A DNA stretch of 40,707 nucleotides, from positions 1 through 40,707 of the forward strand of contig RBZT01000532.1 of NCBI GenBank assembly GCA_003693705.1, written 5' to 3'. Below are positions 22,734-34,542 of the stretch, one piece after another. The position numbers and the translations under genes were made by a program. Origin of the DNA: Polymyxa betae A26-41. Its lineage: Eukaryota; Protista; Endomyxa: Phytomyxea. The notes under the pieces are model-generated. The model had not been told where the DNA came from, searched no databases, and saw only the letters and a program-made list of their open reading frames with translations. Position 1 is the stretch's first letter, and each line of letters starts with the position of its first letter.

Positions 22734-23745
22734 AACGCAATATTTTGGACAATCATGTGCTTCATAATGACAATAATATCGTCGCCAAGCTGCAGTTCTT
22801 TGAAAGGTTCGTCTCGTTTATCTTTCGGTAAGAAACGTTCCCGCCTATTATAGGGGATTTATATCCTGGAAACCCGCCAAGATGCTTGTCAGTGAACACT
22901 TAGGATGGATTTGGTCGAACTGTAGCTACCGTCGATTGAAACTTCTAATTTGGTGTCATGGCAGGTTGATAGTCGCCATGTGGTCGTGTCTGGTAAACTG
23001 GTGGTAGTGGCCTCGGTCCAGTACGGTGGGTAAAGGCCTGATTTCTAATGTGAGTTGGCGTCCGGCTGATTGCATTAGAAATGGGAATGATTCGAGTGAC
23101 ACATTCTATTAACCTCTCTATGCTTGACAATCAAATGACCTCTCGAGACCAATTCCACACATGCGTCATACAAGTCTCTTAAAATCACGTTCATTTTGCA
23201 AATGTTGAAGTTACTTCCATTGACGCAAGCTGACGTCTACTCCTAAAAATCCAGATATTGAGAGCTACAGTCGGCTTCGGCTGCATTCTGCAATCTTGTC
23301 TATTCAAGAAATCGATCTGGAATCGTTTCGTTACGCTGTGAATTAACAAGACGACTTTGGATGCTGAAGAAGACTTAATTTCGATCATTCGTAACTGGGA
23401 AGTTCTCTCCTCGTCTCATTCTTGGATTGCCTTACGTTGAGAAGTTGGGGATTTTGATTTGCTACCGATATCAACGGCTACTGATGTCTCCGATTCCAGA
23501 TCTGGCAACTAATCGGAGCTCATATGCATTTTTATGCGAAATCGCCTCCCATGCGGTCGATGCCATCTTTCTTGACCAACCCAAGCTGAAAACGAGAATT
23601 TGCACCACGAAAGGCAGCGTCAAATTGGCGCCACAATTAGCGCTACGAAACAGAGATTGATAAAGTATGAAAACAGTAAGGAGATAGGCAAACACGAAGT
23701 ACAACGACCTTTACCTTGTGTCATGTCTGTGAACAAAATGCAGCT

Positions 23746-25233
23746 TTAAACCAATGATGATTGAGCTGTATTAATAACAGAATAGGGATATCTCTGATGT
23801 GAATAAAATGATTGCAGAATTCTTGATAATATTGGTTCCAGTTGTCTCTTATTCTATAGAAAGATCAGATCTTTACGCCTCAATACTGAGTCCAAGTTCT
23901 ACCTTAACATATATATTCAGGGCGATGCCGAGGAACACAATCAGGCCACCGATATAGTGTGAAGCAGAGGCTGGTTTCGGGAAAATCACGAAACTCAAGA
24001 TAATCGTGAACATCTTTCTCAACGATGTCACCGTTACTGCTTCAATCGCACCAAACTTGAACAATCAATCATTAATAAATCATCATAGCAAATATTTGTT
24101 GAGAGCAACCGCGTAATGAAGCCATGAGCATTCGAAAAGAGTGTTTGAAATCTGCTGAATTGGTTGAAATGTTATTTTTTTACCTTTTGAACTAATGATA
24201 GAACTGATAATTCCCCAATAAAGCCAAACATACTATACATCTAATCCAGTTATTATGTCATTATGACGATCCAACTGACCATCTTACAAGCAGATTAATC
24301 AACACAGATGGCTGATTGAAACAGAATCTCAATGCCAATGGTAGTTCACCAATCACAACGCAGGCGATGAAGGCGATTCCAGTGCCGAGTATCTTGGTGA
24401 AACAGATCTAAACAATTATCAGGTGCTACTTGTATAAAATCGTCATGATATCCTACCAACTCCATCGTTGTACAAGTATATGACTTCATTAGCAATTCCT
24501 GGACATTGCCAATGAAAGCATCGGCCGTGACGGCCAACGAGATCAGCACGAAACCTGGAGCGACAGAGTCGGCGACGAGGGTGATGGGAGAGTGAATCGC
24601 CAACCGATAGAATTGAATTGGGTCTCTGATATTGAGGCACCCAATGAGAAGATCACTAGACCGATGGTCAGCAATACAACGGCCAGATAATGTTCACGAG
24701 TGAACTCCTTCTTTAGCCAGAATCTTCCAACTAACATCACTGGAATTAATTTCCCATTCTTACACAGAACCTGATTTTCATCAGATCCAGCTAACATGAC
24801 CATCATACAGAGCTCTACCTGCGTTGGATAGTTCAAGTAAGTGCAACTGACATTGCTCAAACCGACAGTCCTAAGAATGATGTGAAACCCAGGAATGCTG
24901 GACCCGAGCCGGCTTACGCCGCCGACAACAAGGAGAGCAGGCCGTATGACCGGATGGGAGCCTTACGAGTGATGGATGACCATCTCCACCAGATCGACAT
25001 TAATGTTGCACTGAATGCGAATTGGAACAGGGTCATGAACGCTCCATAATGATACCCGGCGATCTGTTTCAAGATGTATTCCTGCATGATCCAGGAGCGT
25101 TCAGAGAGCGTCTATCGCAGACATCGAGCTTCTGACAGACCTGCAGGATTGCATAAAGAGTGTAGCAGATGAACACGACACTGGCGGCAGCCACAAATTC
25201 GATAGCCAGACCGTTGCGCTTCGAGTCCAACAT
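23746..25233 (-). CDS. SLC35B3: Nucleotide-sugar/PAPS transporter, UAA family (SLC35B3/PAPST2-like)
   Basis: Spliced motifs LQEYI, GLSNVSCTYLNYPTQVLCKNGKLIPVMLVG, ADAFIGNVQE, FGAIEAVTVTSLRKMFTIILSFVIFPKP. Last exon NKRQLEP...SSLV*. Confidence 0.88.
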
Positions 25234-25382
25234 CAACGCCGACGAGCTCGGTGACCGGATTCCGGGGCGGGCGGGTACGACGGCACGCTACACTGTCGGC
25301 GGCGGAACAGACGCATCCAGTCTCTGAGCCCAATAAGAACCATAATTTGATATTTCAGTGTTGGTAGAATAATCAGTTAGAT

Positions 25383-27726
25383 TTATATGTTGTCCCAGCC
25401 TTCAGCCTCCCAGATGGAGGCGCTGGACTCTTCTTGGCCCTCTGCACCTTGGCTCAGACCTGCCTCTTCATAGAACGATTGAGCTTGGCCGATGGACAGG
25501 TTACTGCTGGAGCTCTCAGCAGAGCTGATCGGCAGAATGCTCTTCATACGAAGGACCTCCCAGAATGTCGTATCCCGAAGAGTTTCCCGAATGCGCTGCA
25601 TTCCTTCATTGAACAACTGAGCCAGGTCCATATCTTTACACACCATGCGTGCCATATCCACGCAATCGAGCGCTTTCGATTCACCGCTAGCCTGGAACGA
25701 TTCTTGTACGAGTTTGATGATGACCTCGAACAACTGCCGAGTGGAATCGGGTGCACGATTCCGATCCTTTACCAGTACGCGATAATCCTCGACCGGATTT
25801 GCTGTCGACACTTTTGTAACTTGCTGCGCCATCAGATTCGACATGGATAGCGAAACATCGCCGCTCATCTCCGGAACGCCTTCCTCTGTCACAGCAGCAG
25901 CAATCTCTGAACGCCAATCGCGACGTTGACGGTTGCGGCCTTTCACAGGTTCAGGCGCCTTCACCAACGGGAAGAGGTCCTTTAGCCTACAGTATATGAA
26001 ATCGGTTATCACCGCATTGAAATCACCAACCTTTTAAAGGAGTGCTCGGCGTTTACGAACAGTTCCTCGTTGGGCTCCAAGACAGCACGCGATTCCGCAG
26101 TGAGGTCGGCTACGCCGGCGTTCTCATCAACAAGCCTGGCGTGCAGGGTCCTGTAGAAACGCTGCAGTAGCGGGTTGTACACCGTTTCTGGGGCCAGACC
26201 CGGGACGCGCTCGCCGCTCACCGGGTCCACATCAGCAGTGCTCAGGTCAAGCTTTTCGATCAACTCGTCGATCGATCTCGCCATCTGATCGGTGACAACG
26301 AATCGCGACAGCGACTCGAATTGGTATTCACGAATATCGTCAGCAAATGGCAGGTAGTTAAGATACATGACCTACAGAGTCGGTATCCACATTAGAGCAA
26401 CGCCAGAAGCTATTGCGAGCAACCTACATCGGCTTCACCCTCGAGTCCGGGAGAAAGCAGGGCTGGGCGCGGCGGCGCACCGTCCTTCTTCGCGTATCGG
26501 GCGAGCGCCACGAAACTGAGTTCATTCATAGCGGCGACAAACGCGGAGAACGCCGTCGCCACTTCGGGATCGTCACCGCTCGGTACAACACAATCGACGC
26601 CACTCATGAACAGATGCCTTCAACAGCAAAACATCAGGAAGAAGCTACGAAATATTTAAGGTGACAAGGCGGAAAAGCAAACGTATATGGAGAAACATAT
26701 AAGATTACCATCATACGAAAAAAATGAAAGAACACACCAACCTGGGCATTTGAGCACGCGGCAAAAAGCCAAGAACCTGTAGCGCCTTATGATCACGACA
26801 AGCAAACAATGTTTCATCGATATCGGAGATGGGGACCAATGTGTTCCCATAACGATAAGCTTTCAAGCGCAAATCGGGCGTGATCTCTTGTCCAGAAGCC
26901 TTATTGAATGATGCCCTGGATAATTTAACCTCACTGCCGGGGGCCGACGCCGACTGTTTCTTCAGTGACGGCAGCCCGGCCGGCATCGTCTTCCCGAACG
27001 AACTCGTTGGCAGTTTGATTATTGAGGTGATCTCAAGCGCGCCGCGAAATTTGGCCGTCGGTCGTACTGACTTCGACCCTGAACGTGACATCAGTCGCAG
27101 GCCGACTTCGGCAGTTAGCAAAGACGATTCAGTTTCTTCAGCTAGCGCGCGTAACGACGATAAATTAGCATCACGATTGGCAGAATCGGTATCGAAAACG
27201 ATAACATTTAGAACGACATCGTTATCTTTGATAACTGTAGCGAGATCGGCGATTTTCTCTGGGTCACAAGCCGGTCCCCCAGCAGAGGTGAACACATAGA
27301 GACGTTTGGCAAATTTTAGTTTTTTAACGCGAGTGACAACTTCATTGACGCCGACCACAATTGCATCAACGGTGTTGCCCTGTTGACGGCCAGCTGCAGA
27401 TGAAATGGAATCGATTTGCTTCATGAAGGCAAAATCTGGCTTTGCTAATGGAGCCACGACATTGATAAACTCAAATTCACCCTTTGGTGAAAAAATAAGG
27501 GATGAGATCAAAATACAAGCAATAGCATATCGACCATGTCTTCATTCAGGCGGTTGTTAGTAGCATCGTCTCCGAACAGGACTAAACCGTATTCGTTTTG
27601 ACCGCCCTGAATGAACGCCTTCATGGTAAAAGCGTTCAGCGCCCGCTTGACGTCGGCAAGAGCCGTGGCCGACATCGAAGCACCGATGTCGACTAGAAGC
27701 ATGCAGGCCTCCTTCATCATAACCAT
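25383..27726 (-). CDS. KU80: Ku80, non-homologous end-joining DNA-binding subunit
   Basis: vWA start KEACMLLVDIGASM, YGLVLFG, KAYRYG, ALARY, LPFADDIREYQFESL, PETVYNPLLQRFY, and a Ku80 C-terminal domain (VSTANPVEDY, KALDCV, FN...FW). Confidence 0.93.
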
Positions 27727-28883
27727 GATGAAAATACAAATGATGCGTTGCGACTCTGAATCGAGGCTACCCCAATCCACCATCTGGGGCCATATCATCA
27801 TGCTGCTGCGATCTATACAGAGACAATCACGTCGCCTTCACCCACCCTGTTTATTCATCAGATTCATCACAACGTTGTGTCTCACTGAAAAAGGACATAG
27901 GGTCGACAGTTCTCATTTTCCGTCATTCTCTAACATCCAAAAACCGAAAAACTCAGAACTTAACAAACCAAATAAACCACCCATCCCAAATAAATCCATT
28001 CAGCCCAAAAACCCAGTCTCAGTAAATCTCAATCCAATTACATTTCTATATTCATAAACCGTCAATATTAGCTTCTTCGCAATGCCAATCATGAATACAC
28101 CATCCTTTTCCGCGGTCTCAAAAACGATCGTCCTTTTCCAGCCATCATCTCTACCGAGTATTGGTTATATTATATATTTGGTAATCTCATTAACCATGAT
28201 TATGCTAAAAGTTGCTCGTACTGGGGAAGCAATGGTCGTCCGATTTTGAGCGGCCTATCGGCTGTTAGCATGGAATTTATGCTGACAGGTGGTATCTTGG
28301 CAGCATCAAATGTCAAGTGAATTCTACAAAATGATGGCAACTAAATGTAGGATTAAGTTCTTGCAAATCAAACTTATGCCAGAAAAGGCACGACTTTCAT
28401 TGAAATCGCAGAGATTCTGAAAAAATTCAAGCACAGGAGCTAATCCACGAAGATTTAAGACATATCGGTTCTAAGAAGGTGTCGGCTAGGTATTCCATCC
28501 GGCTAATGCCTATTAGATCAAAACGCATGATCCCTCAGCAGCACCAAGGTTTTGTTGAATGCTTTAGATTAGAGTACCAAGCCGTTCTGCTGAGCCTAAT
28601 GACCGGTTACGACATAAATCCCTTGGCTGCTCTCTTGATCGTTAAATGCAAACCCCAGGATTGAACTTTCGCAAGACCAACTACTGTAGGAGTAGTATAC
28701 CGACGATACATAAACAATGATCCAACATTGACATCCAAGTGATACGCCATTACGTTACCTGAAAGCAAGTCGCCGGATGCGACCTGCACTATATTGGGTC
28801 ATTGTGGACGGGTATCGGGAACAGGACCCGAGGACTTGATAGAGAGGGGGGCCACGGGATTCGGGGTTTCCCCACGGCCCCTT

Positions 28884-28892
28884 CTATATATA
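28884..28892 (+). promoter_or_regulatory. Putative TATA box
   Basis: CTATATATAG in a GC-rich context, about 70 nt upstream of the first ATG of the C2H2 gene. Confidence 0.45.
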
Positions 28893-28958
28893 GTGTGGGA
28901 CCAGAAGCGAGCCCAGCCCAGGCGCAAGACACCGGCCCGAACTGCGCCGAACAATCAG

Positions 28959-29600
28959 ATGTGCCCGGCGACGAGGACGTCGTCGGTGGCGATGGAGTTT
29001 CGCTGCCGATGGCCTGGCCCACCCGTTCGCTGCCATTTTTGCTCGGTCTGCAAGGAGTTCGGCGTCCGAACCGAAGACCAAATCCGTCGTCACCACGCAG
29101 AGCATCTGACCAGGGCGGTGGAAACGCCAGCCCCTCCAATCAGGACCCGCCGCATAGTCGGCAAAGTTCATATCTGCCCATATGAAAATTGTACGACAAC
29201 GTTCAAATGCCAGAGCCATCTCGAACGCCATATGCGTATCCACACGGGCGAACGGCCGTTCGGCTGTGATCGCTGCGGTAAATCGTTCAAGCGTCAGAGC
29301 CACTTACGACGTCATGAGCTGACACATCTTGGACATCGTGCATATGCATGTACTGAATGCCCTCGAGCCTTCGCTTGTATTGAATCGCTGCGGAAACATG
29401 CCCGGTTGCATCTCGAGGGTGCCGAGCCCGAGTCAAACTCTTATTCAGTAAGCATTATCAAAAGATAAAATCGCTCTCTTAAACCTGAGTAGGCAGAGGC
29501 GGCGAAGGAAAGCGACACCAGCGGCTCCACTCAAGACTTCTTGAATGAAATAACAGAAAGAGCACTGTCAAGGCGGATCAGCGCGGGTCCTGGAATTTAA
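28959..29600 (+). CDS. C2H2 zinc-finger transcription factor (3 canonical fingers)
   Basis: CPYENC...[15 protein letters not shown]...HELTH...CTEC...HARLH. A probable intron at about 29448-29492 leads to a last exon ending GPGI*. Confidence 0.88.
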
Positions 29601-29824
29601 ACGTTATCGGGCGCCCGGCAGGAAAGAGGCCCCATTTATTATTACGACTGACTTACAAACTAGAATACATTTATCAACTGCTGATATCCCACACGTTAGG
29701 ATCAGAAGTAATGCTGAACAGGCATCTATGATTCCGCCATATAATCCGAGCAACAGAAGCTATTACGTATGATTTTGATAACGATTTAGTCGAGATCGGG
29801 ACTATTCTATATTCGAAAATTAAT

Positions 29825-30649
29825 TCAATACCGGATGGGACAGTTTGACATACTTTCAATACCTTCGGTTGATGAACTCGGTTTGCTATTGTCGAGAATA
29901 TGCTTGAAAACGAAACTTTGAGCAATGCTATTTGCCGCCAGAGATAATGAAGCTAGAGCGCCGTATGAAACAAGAATGGTGTCAAGCCGTGCCGGAATCC
30001 ACCAGATCCAAATAGTAGTGATAATCGCTAAAGGCAAGATGGCAATAGTCCACATGCTGACAACGGCTAGAATCATGGTCCGACGATAAAATTTGACGTC
30101 CTTGATGACCATCGAGGACCGCATCGCTGTTAGTGATCGCATGAAGAGCCAAACTGCAACGATGAAACGGCCCAGGGCGAAGATTATAGCGAATACGGGG
30201 AGATACAGTTTGATAGAATGTGGCGACGTCATTAATACAAAAACGACGCTGAAATCAAACATCAACGGAAGGAGCCTGAGAAAATCTCTCAGCTTGGAGT
30301 AAAGATCTAAGCGACTTCTGCTCAGCGATGGTAAAAGTGTTCTGGAGCTTTCATCCTTTTGATCGGCAATAATCTGAAGGCTGTTGATTATCACAAGCAT
30401 CGAGGACAAGCCGACACCTTGAAGACCGAAAGCTAAGAACGATCTGAGTTTCCAATGCAGGAAGCCGGCATCCAAGATGGTGTCAATCAGAGCTAGTCCT
30501 AACAAGCCCATCGCAGCGCCTTCCAAGATCAGAACCGTGTTGGGGAACGTTCGAATCTTCGCCCGGTTTAGAGCCAGAAAGGAGATGGCAATGCATGAAG
30601 CGATCAGGAACGGCAGAGCTAATAGCCAGGCCCAGCTAGCATATATCAT
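29825..30649 (-). CDS. Intronless membrane protein with about 7 hydrophobic helices (GPCR-like topology)
   Basis: Seven hydrophobic segments by eye, basic/polar loops after TM3 and TM5, and a Ser-rich C-tail. No family-specific motif recognised. Confidence 0.7.
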   Translation of the reverse strand: MIYASWAWLLALPFLIASCIAISFLALNRAKIRTFPNTVLILEGAAMGLLGLALIDTILDAGFLHWKLRSFLAFGLQGVGLSSMLVIINSLQIIADQKDESSRTLLPSLSRSRLDLYSKLRDFLRLLPLMFDFSVVFVLMTSPHSIKLYLPVFAIIFALGRFIVAVWLFMRSLTAMRSSMVIKDVKFYRRTMILAVVSMWTIAILPLAIITTIWIWWIPARLDTILVSYGALASLSLAANSIAQSFVFKHILDNSKPSSSTEGIESMSNCPIRY

Positions 30650-31239
30650 CTCAATGACGACCAAGAGTGTCTATCACTTTAAATCGCCCGGCTGTTTTTG
30701 TTACGTTAACATCTATCAACCTAGAGAAAAAAACCCACCATTAAGGTAACTCGTTCTGATCTAATGGTATGAAGTGATGAGATCATGTGCGGCAGACGGA
30801 TATACTCATCCTCATGGCTGTAAGCGACAGTGCATACGCATGAGCAATGCCAACACCCTCTAGGCTTGGGATTTGGTATCGCACACAGCCTGCTGCTGCA
30901 TCCTTTTCAGGCACAGGGTTTGACAGGCCCTAACTTGGGTCAGTCATGAGGTGGAAAGGTGTCGAGACCGGTAGTAAGCGCTTCTAACTATCAGTAGGAT
31001 GAACAACGCCATAATCAGAAAATCCAATATTTCTATGACATAAAGCTGTGCACGTTGTTGATTTTACATCGTTTGAATTTATTTGATTCGAGCATTTAAA
31101 TACATAATCTAACGGTAATAAACAATAGGTCAACCGGCTTTTGGCGATTACAGGATAAATAATGATAAAAGTCTTGGCATCAACCAATCCGCAAGAGACA
31201 ATACACAGGGAGGATTTTATTAGAGCACGAGCAAGCTGT

Positions 31240-31777
31240 TCAGCCAATGTTCAAGCGAAAAAGGTCGTTGTGAACCCACCATGAGCCAGACTGGGTTGGC
31301 ATAATATGGAACGTCTGTGAGTACTTTAATGGGTTAGGTTCCTCGTCGATCTTCAAGTCGCCACATCTGCAAAGGCATTAGGTCATGGAGCGTCCATTCT
31401 AAAACATGTATTTACACGACAATAATGATGCCACCACATCCAGATGGCTGGATATCCATGGTAAGGATGTTGTGAACGACTTTACGGAATGGCAAACCCT
31501 GTTATGAAGAGAGTAAGGGAACCCGGTACGCCTGAATTATGAAAGCCTGCTTACGTTGAGTTTGTTGCCAATTGCTTCGGCACCCATAAACTGGTCGTTC
31601 TCGAAAGTCAGCATCGACTGCTGTTGCTGTCAATGTTGTCAGCAAGGAATGGCATAACAGAATGGCTAGTCGACCGACATAAAGAGAGGACAGCTGGGCG
31701 CGGTTCGTGTCGAAAGTCGTGTAGTAATGCTGGACGAACGCCTGAGCGATTTTCTGCATGTCAGCCAAGCTAGCCAT
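31240..31777 (-). CDS. NTF2: Nuclear transport factor 2
   Basis: Four exons: IAQAFVQHYYTTFDTNRAQLSSLY / QQQSMLTFENDQFMGAEAIGNKL / LPFRKVVHNILTMDIQPS / GDLKIDEEPNPLKYSQTFHIMPTQSGSWWVHNDLFRLNIG*. Confidence 0.96.
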
Positions 31778-32625
31778 GGCGTTTGGAAAAATCGACGAGG
31801 TAAAACTCCAACAATCTAATCGACAATGAAAGGCGGAAGCGCGGATTGCGCAGACCACGGCGGTTGAATCTCCCCCCAATTGGATGGCGATTGACGGGCA
31901 GACGGCTCAACATTGAAATTAATTTGTAACAATGAACGGCACCCAAACAAGCAACGAAGCTGGGAAATTGAAATTCAATCAGGCTTTATGATTAAATTGT
32001 AGCATCGTCCGTTGGAAGAGCTAAGGCACATCCATCCAGCCGCATGCTAAAGCCAATGCCATGAAGGTACGCTGTGCCTTGAGCGAGATTATTTCCCATA
32101 GATGAGCAAACTAAATTACGATTGTTGCACACTCCCGAGTAAATGCTTCTGGAAGTTTGGAGACTTTAAATGTAGTTTGCTCGAACAGTAAACGTGGCCA
32201 TGTTAAAACGGTCGTCAAATCGTGGCAGAAGATCCAAATTGATGGTCAAAAAGCAGCAATCGATATGGCCTCACCATTTACGCCGGTGGGGATTGCTCCC
32301 CTTTCTCGGCACTATAAAGTCGAGATCGTTCGTATCCACAATAGCACCCTGCTCTGATTCCAAAATCTGTAACAACAAAATACGTGCGTAAGTTGAAGGG
32401 CTGGCAAACTGGTGGCAGCAAAACTTGTGTCGCAGCATACTGCAGCTGCGGATTCTTTCTGCTGTTACAGGGGGACGGAGGTCGAGTTGGGCTGTTGGGG
32501 TCACGGGTGGGCCCCATATGTGCGACTGAGTAGGGTTATTAAGGGCCTAAACTCAGCTAAGTGAGTCGCGCCGCTTCTCCTTTGCCCTCTGGCCTCATTT
32601 CACGAATAGGTCACGCCCCGACCAG

Positions 32626-33562
<937 letters not shown>

Positions 33563-33921
33563 TTGTGTGAATCAAGCTACCTCATTGTATTATAATTATC
33601 ACATAAGCGCCCTTCGGCATTCAGGATGTGGACCTTGCAGGTTTTCCTCTGAACCAGGAATTAACCGCTTCTCGATTCCTGTCTGTTATCATTGTCCTTA
33701 CGTAATATGTAACTGTTAAATATTATTGAAAATCACTCAGAATCGTCTTTCTTTGTTGTTTTGTAGATACACGATGGCCGATGACCATATAGATAGCGAC
33801 TACAGCCAACAAACAGGTAGCATCTGCACCATCGTTGAATATACTTCATTACGATAGTAAAGGTACTGTACATACGTGCTGATTAGTTGCGCAGCCCATT
33901 ACCATTTGACATCAAATCGTC

Positions 33922-34529
33922 ATGTATCTTATGCGACGATTGTCCAGGCGATTTCTGTCGATACAGGCAGATTCTCATCGCATGGGCACCGCAGCCGATG
34001 CACTTCCTGGTCAGTATCGGGAACTGGTTAAGGTTGGTAACAGCGAAATTTCACGTTACTGTTTTATTCTGACATCAAATTAGGAAGAAGAGTTGATAGA
34101 AGGCATTGATAATGACAATGACATCGCACGGCTGAAGCGGGTTTTTAGCTATGAAAACGCATCGCAGCCCGAAATTAATAAGATGATCAAATCTCGAATG
34201 ATCGAGCGTTTTCAACTCAAACCTGGTGATACCGGTTCGACGGAAGTCCAAGGTTTTTGGGGGGTTTCTCGTTTTTTTTTTTGATAAAGCTAATGTCGAT
34301 TCTAGTTGGAATTTTGACCTCCCGTATCCATTACTTAGCTGAGCATATGAAGAATAACCGGAAAGATTTCAGCTCGAAGCGTGGCCTGGAAGCTTGCGTT
34401 CATAACCGACGAAAGCTTCTAACATATCTGAAACGAACCGAGTATCCGCGATATATGGCTCTTATCAAGGAGCTCAATCTTCGTGATACAGTACGGGCAT
34501 GGTCGACTGATCGTCCTTCCAATCTCTAG
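33922..34529 (+). CDS. MRPS15: Mitochondrial ribosomal protein uS15m
   Basis: Arg-rich transit-like start MYLMRRLSRRFLS. Motif [37 protein letters not shown]...RRKLLTYLKR...LIKELNLR. Two introns. Confidence 0.93.
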
Positions 34530-34542
34530 ACTGATTTTATTC

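Noticed and set aside
24058-24183. Longer-than-usual intron in SLC35B3 as a snoRNA host
   Set aside because: An ATGATGA C-box-like sequence lies near the 3' end with no downstream CTGA D box.
25434-29303. Long opposite-strand or alternative-frame ORFs over Ku80 and the first C2H2 gene
   Set aside because: Shadow ORFs expected in GC-richer coding DNA, with no motifs.
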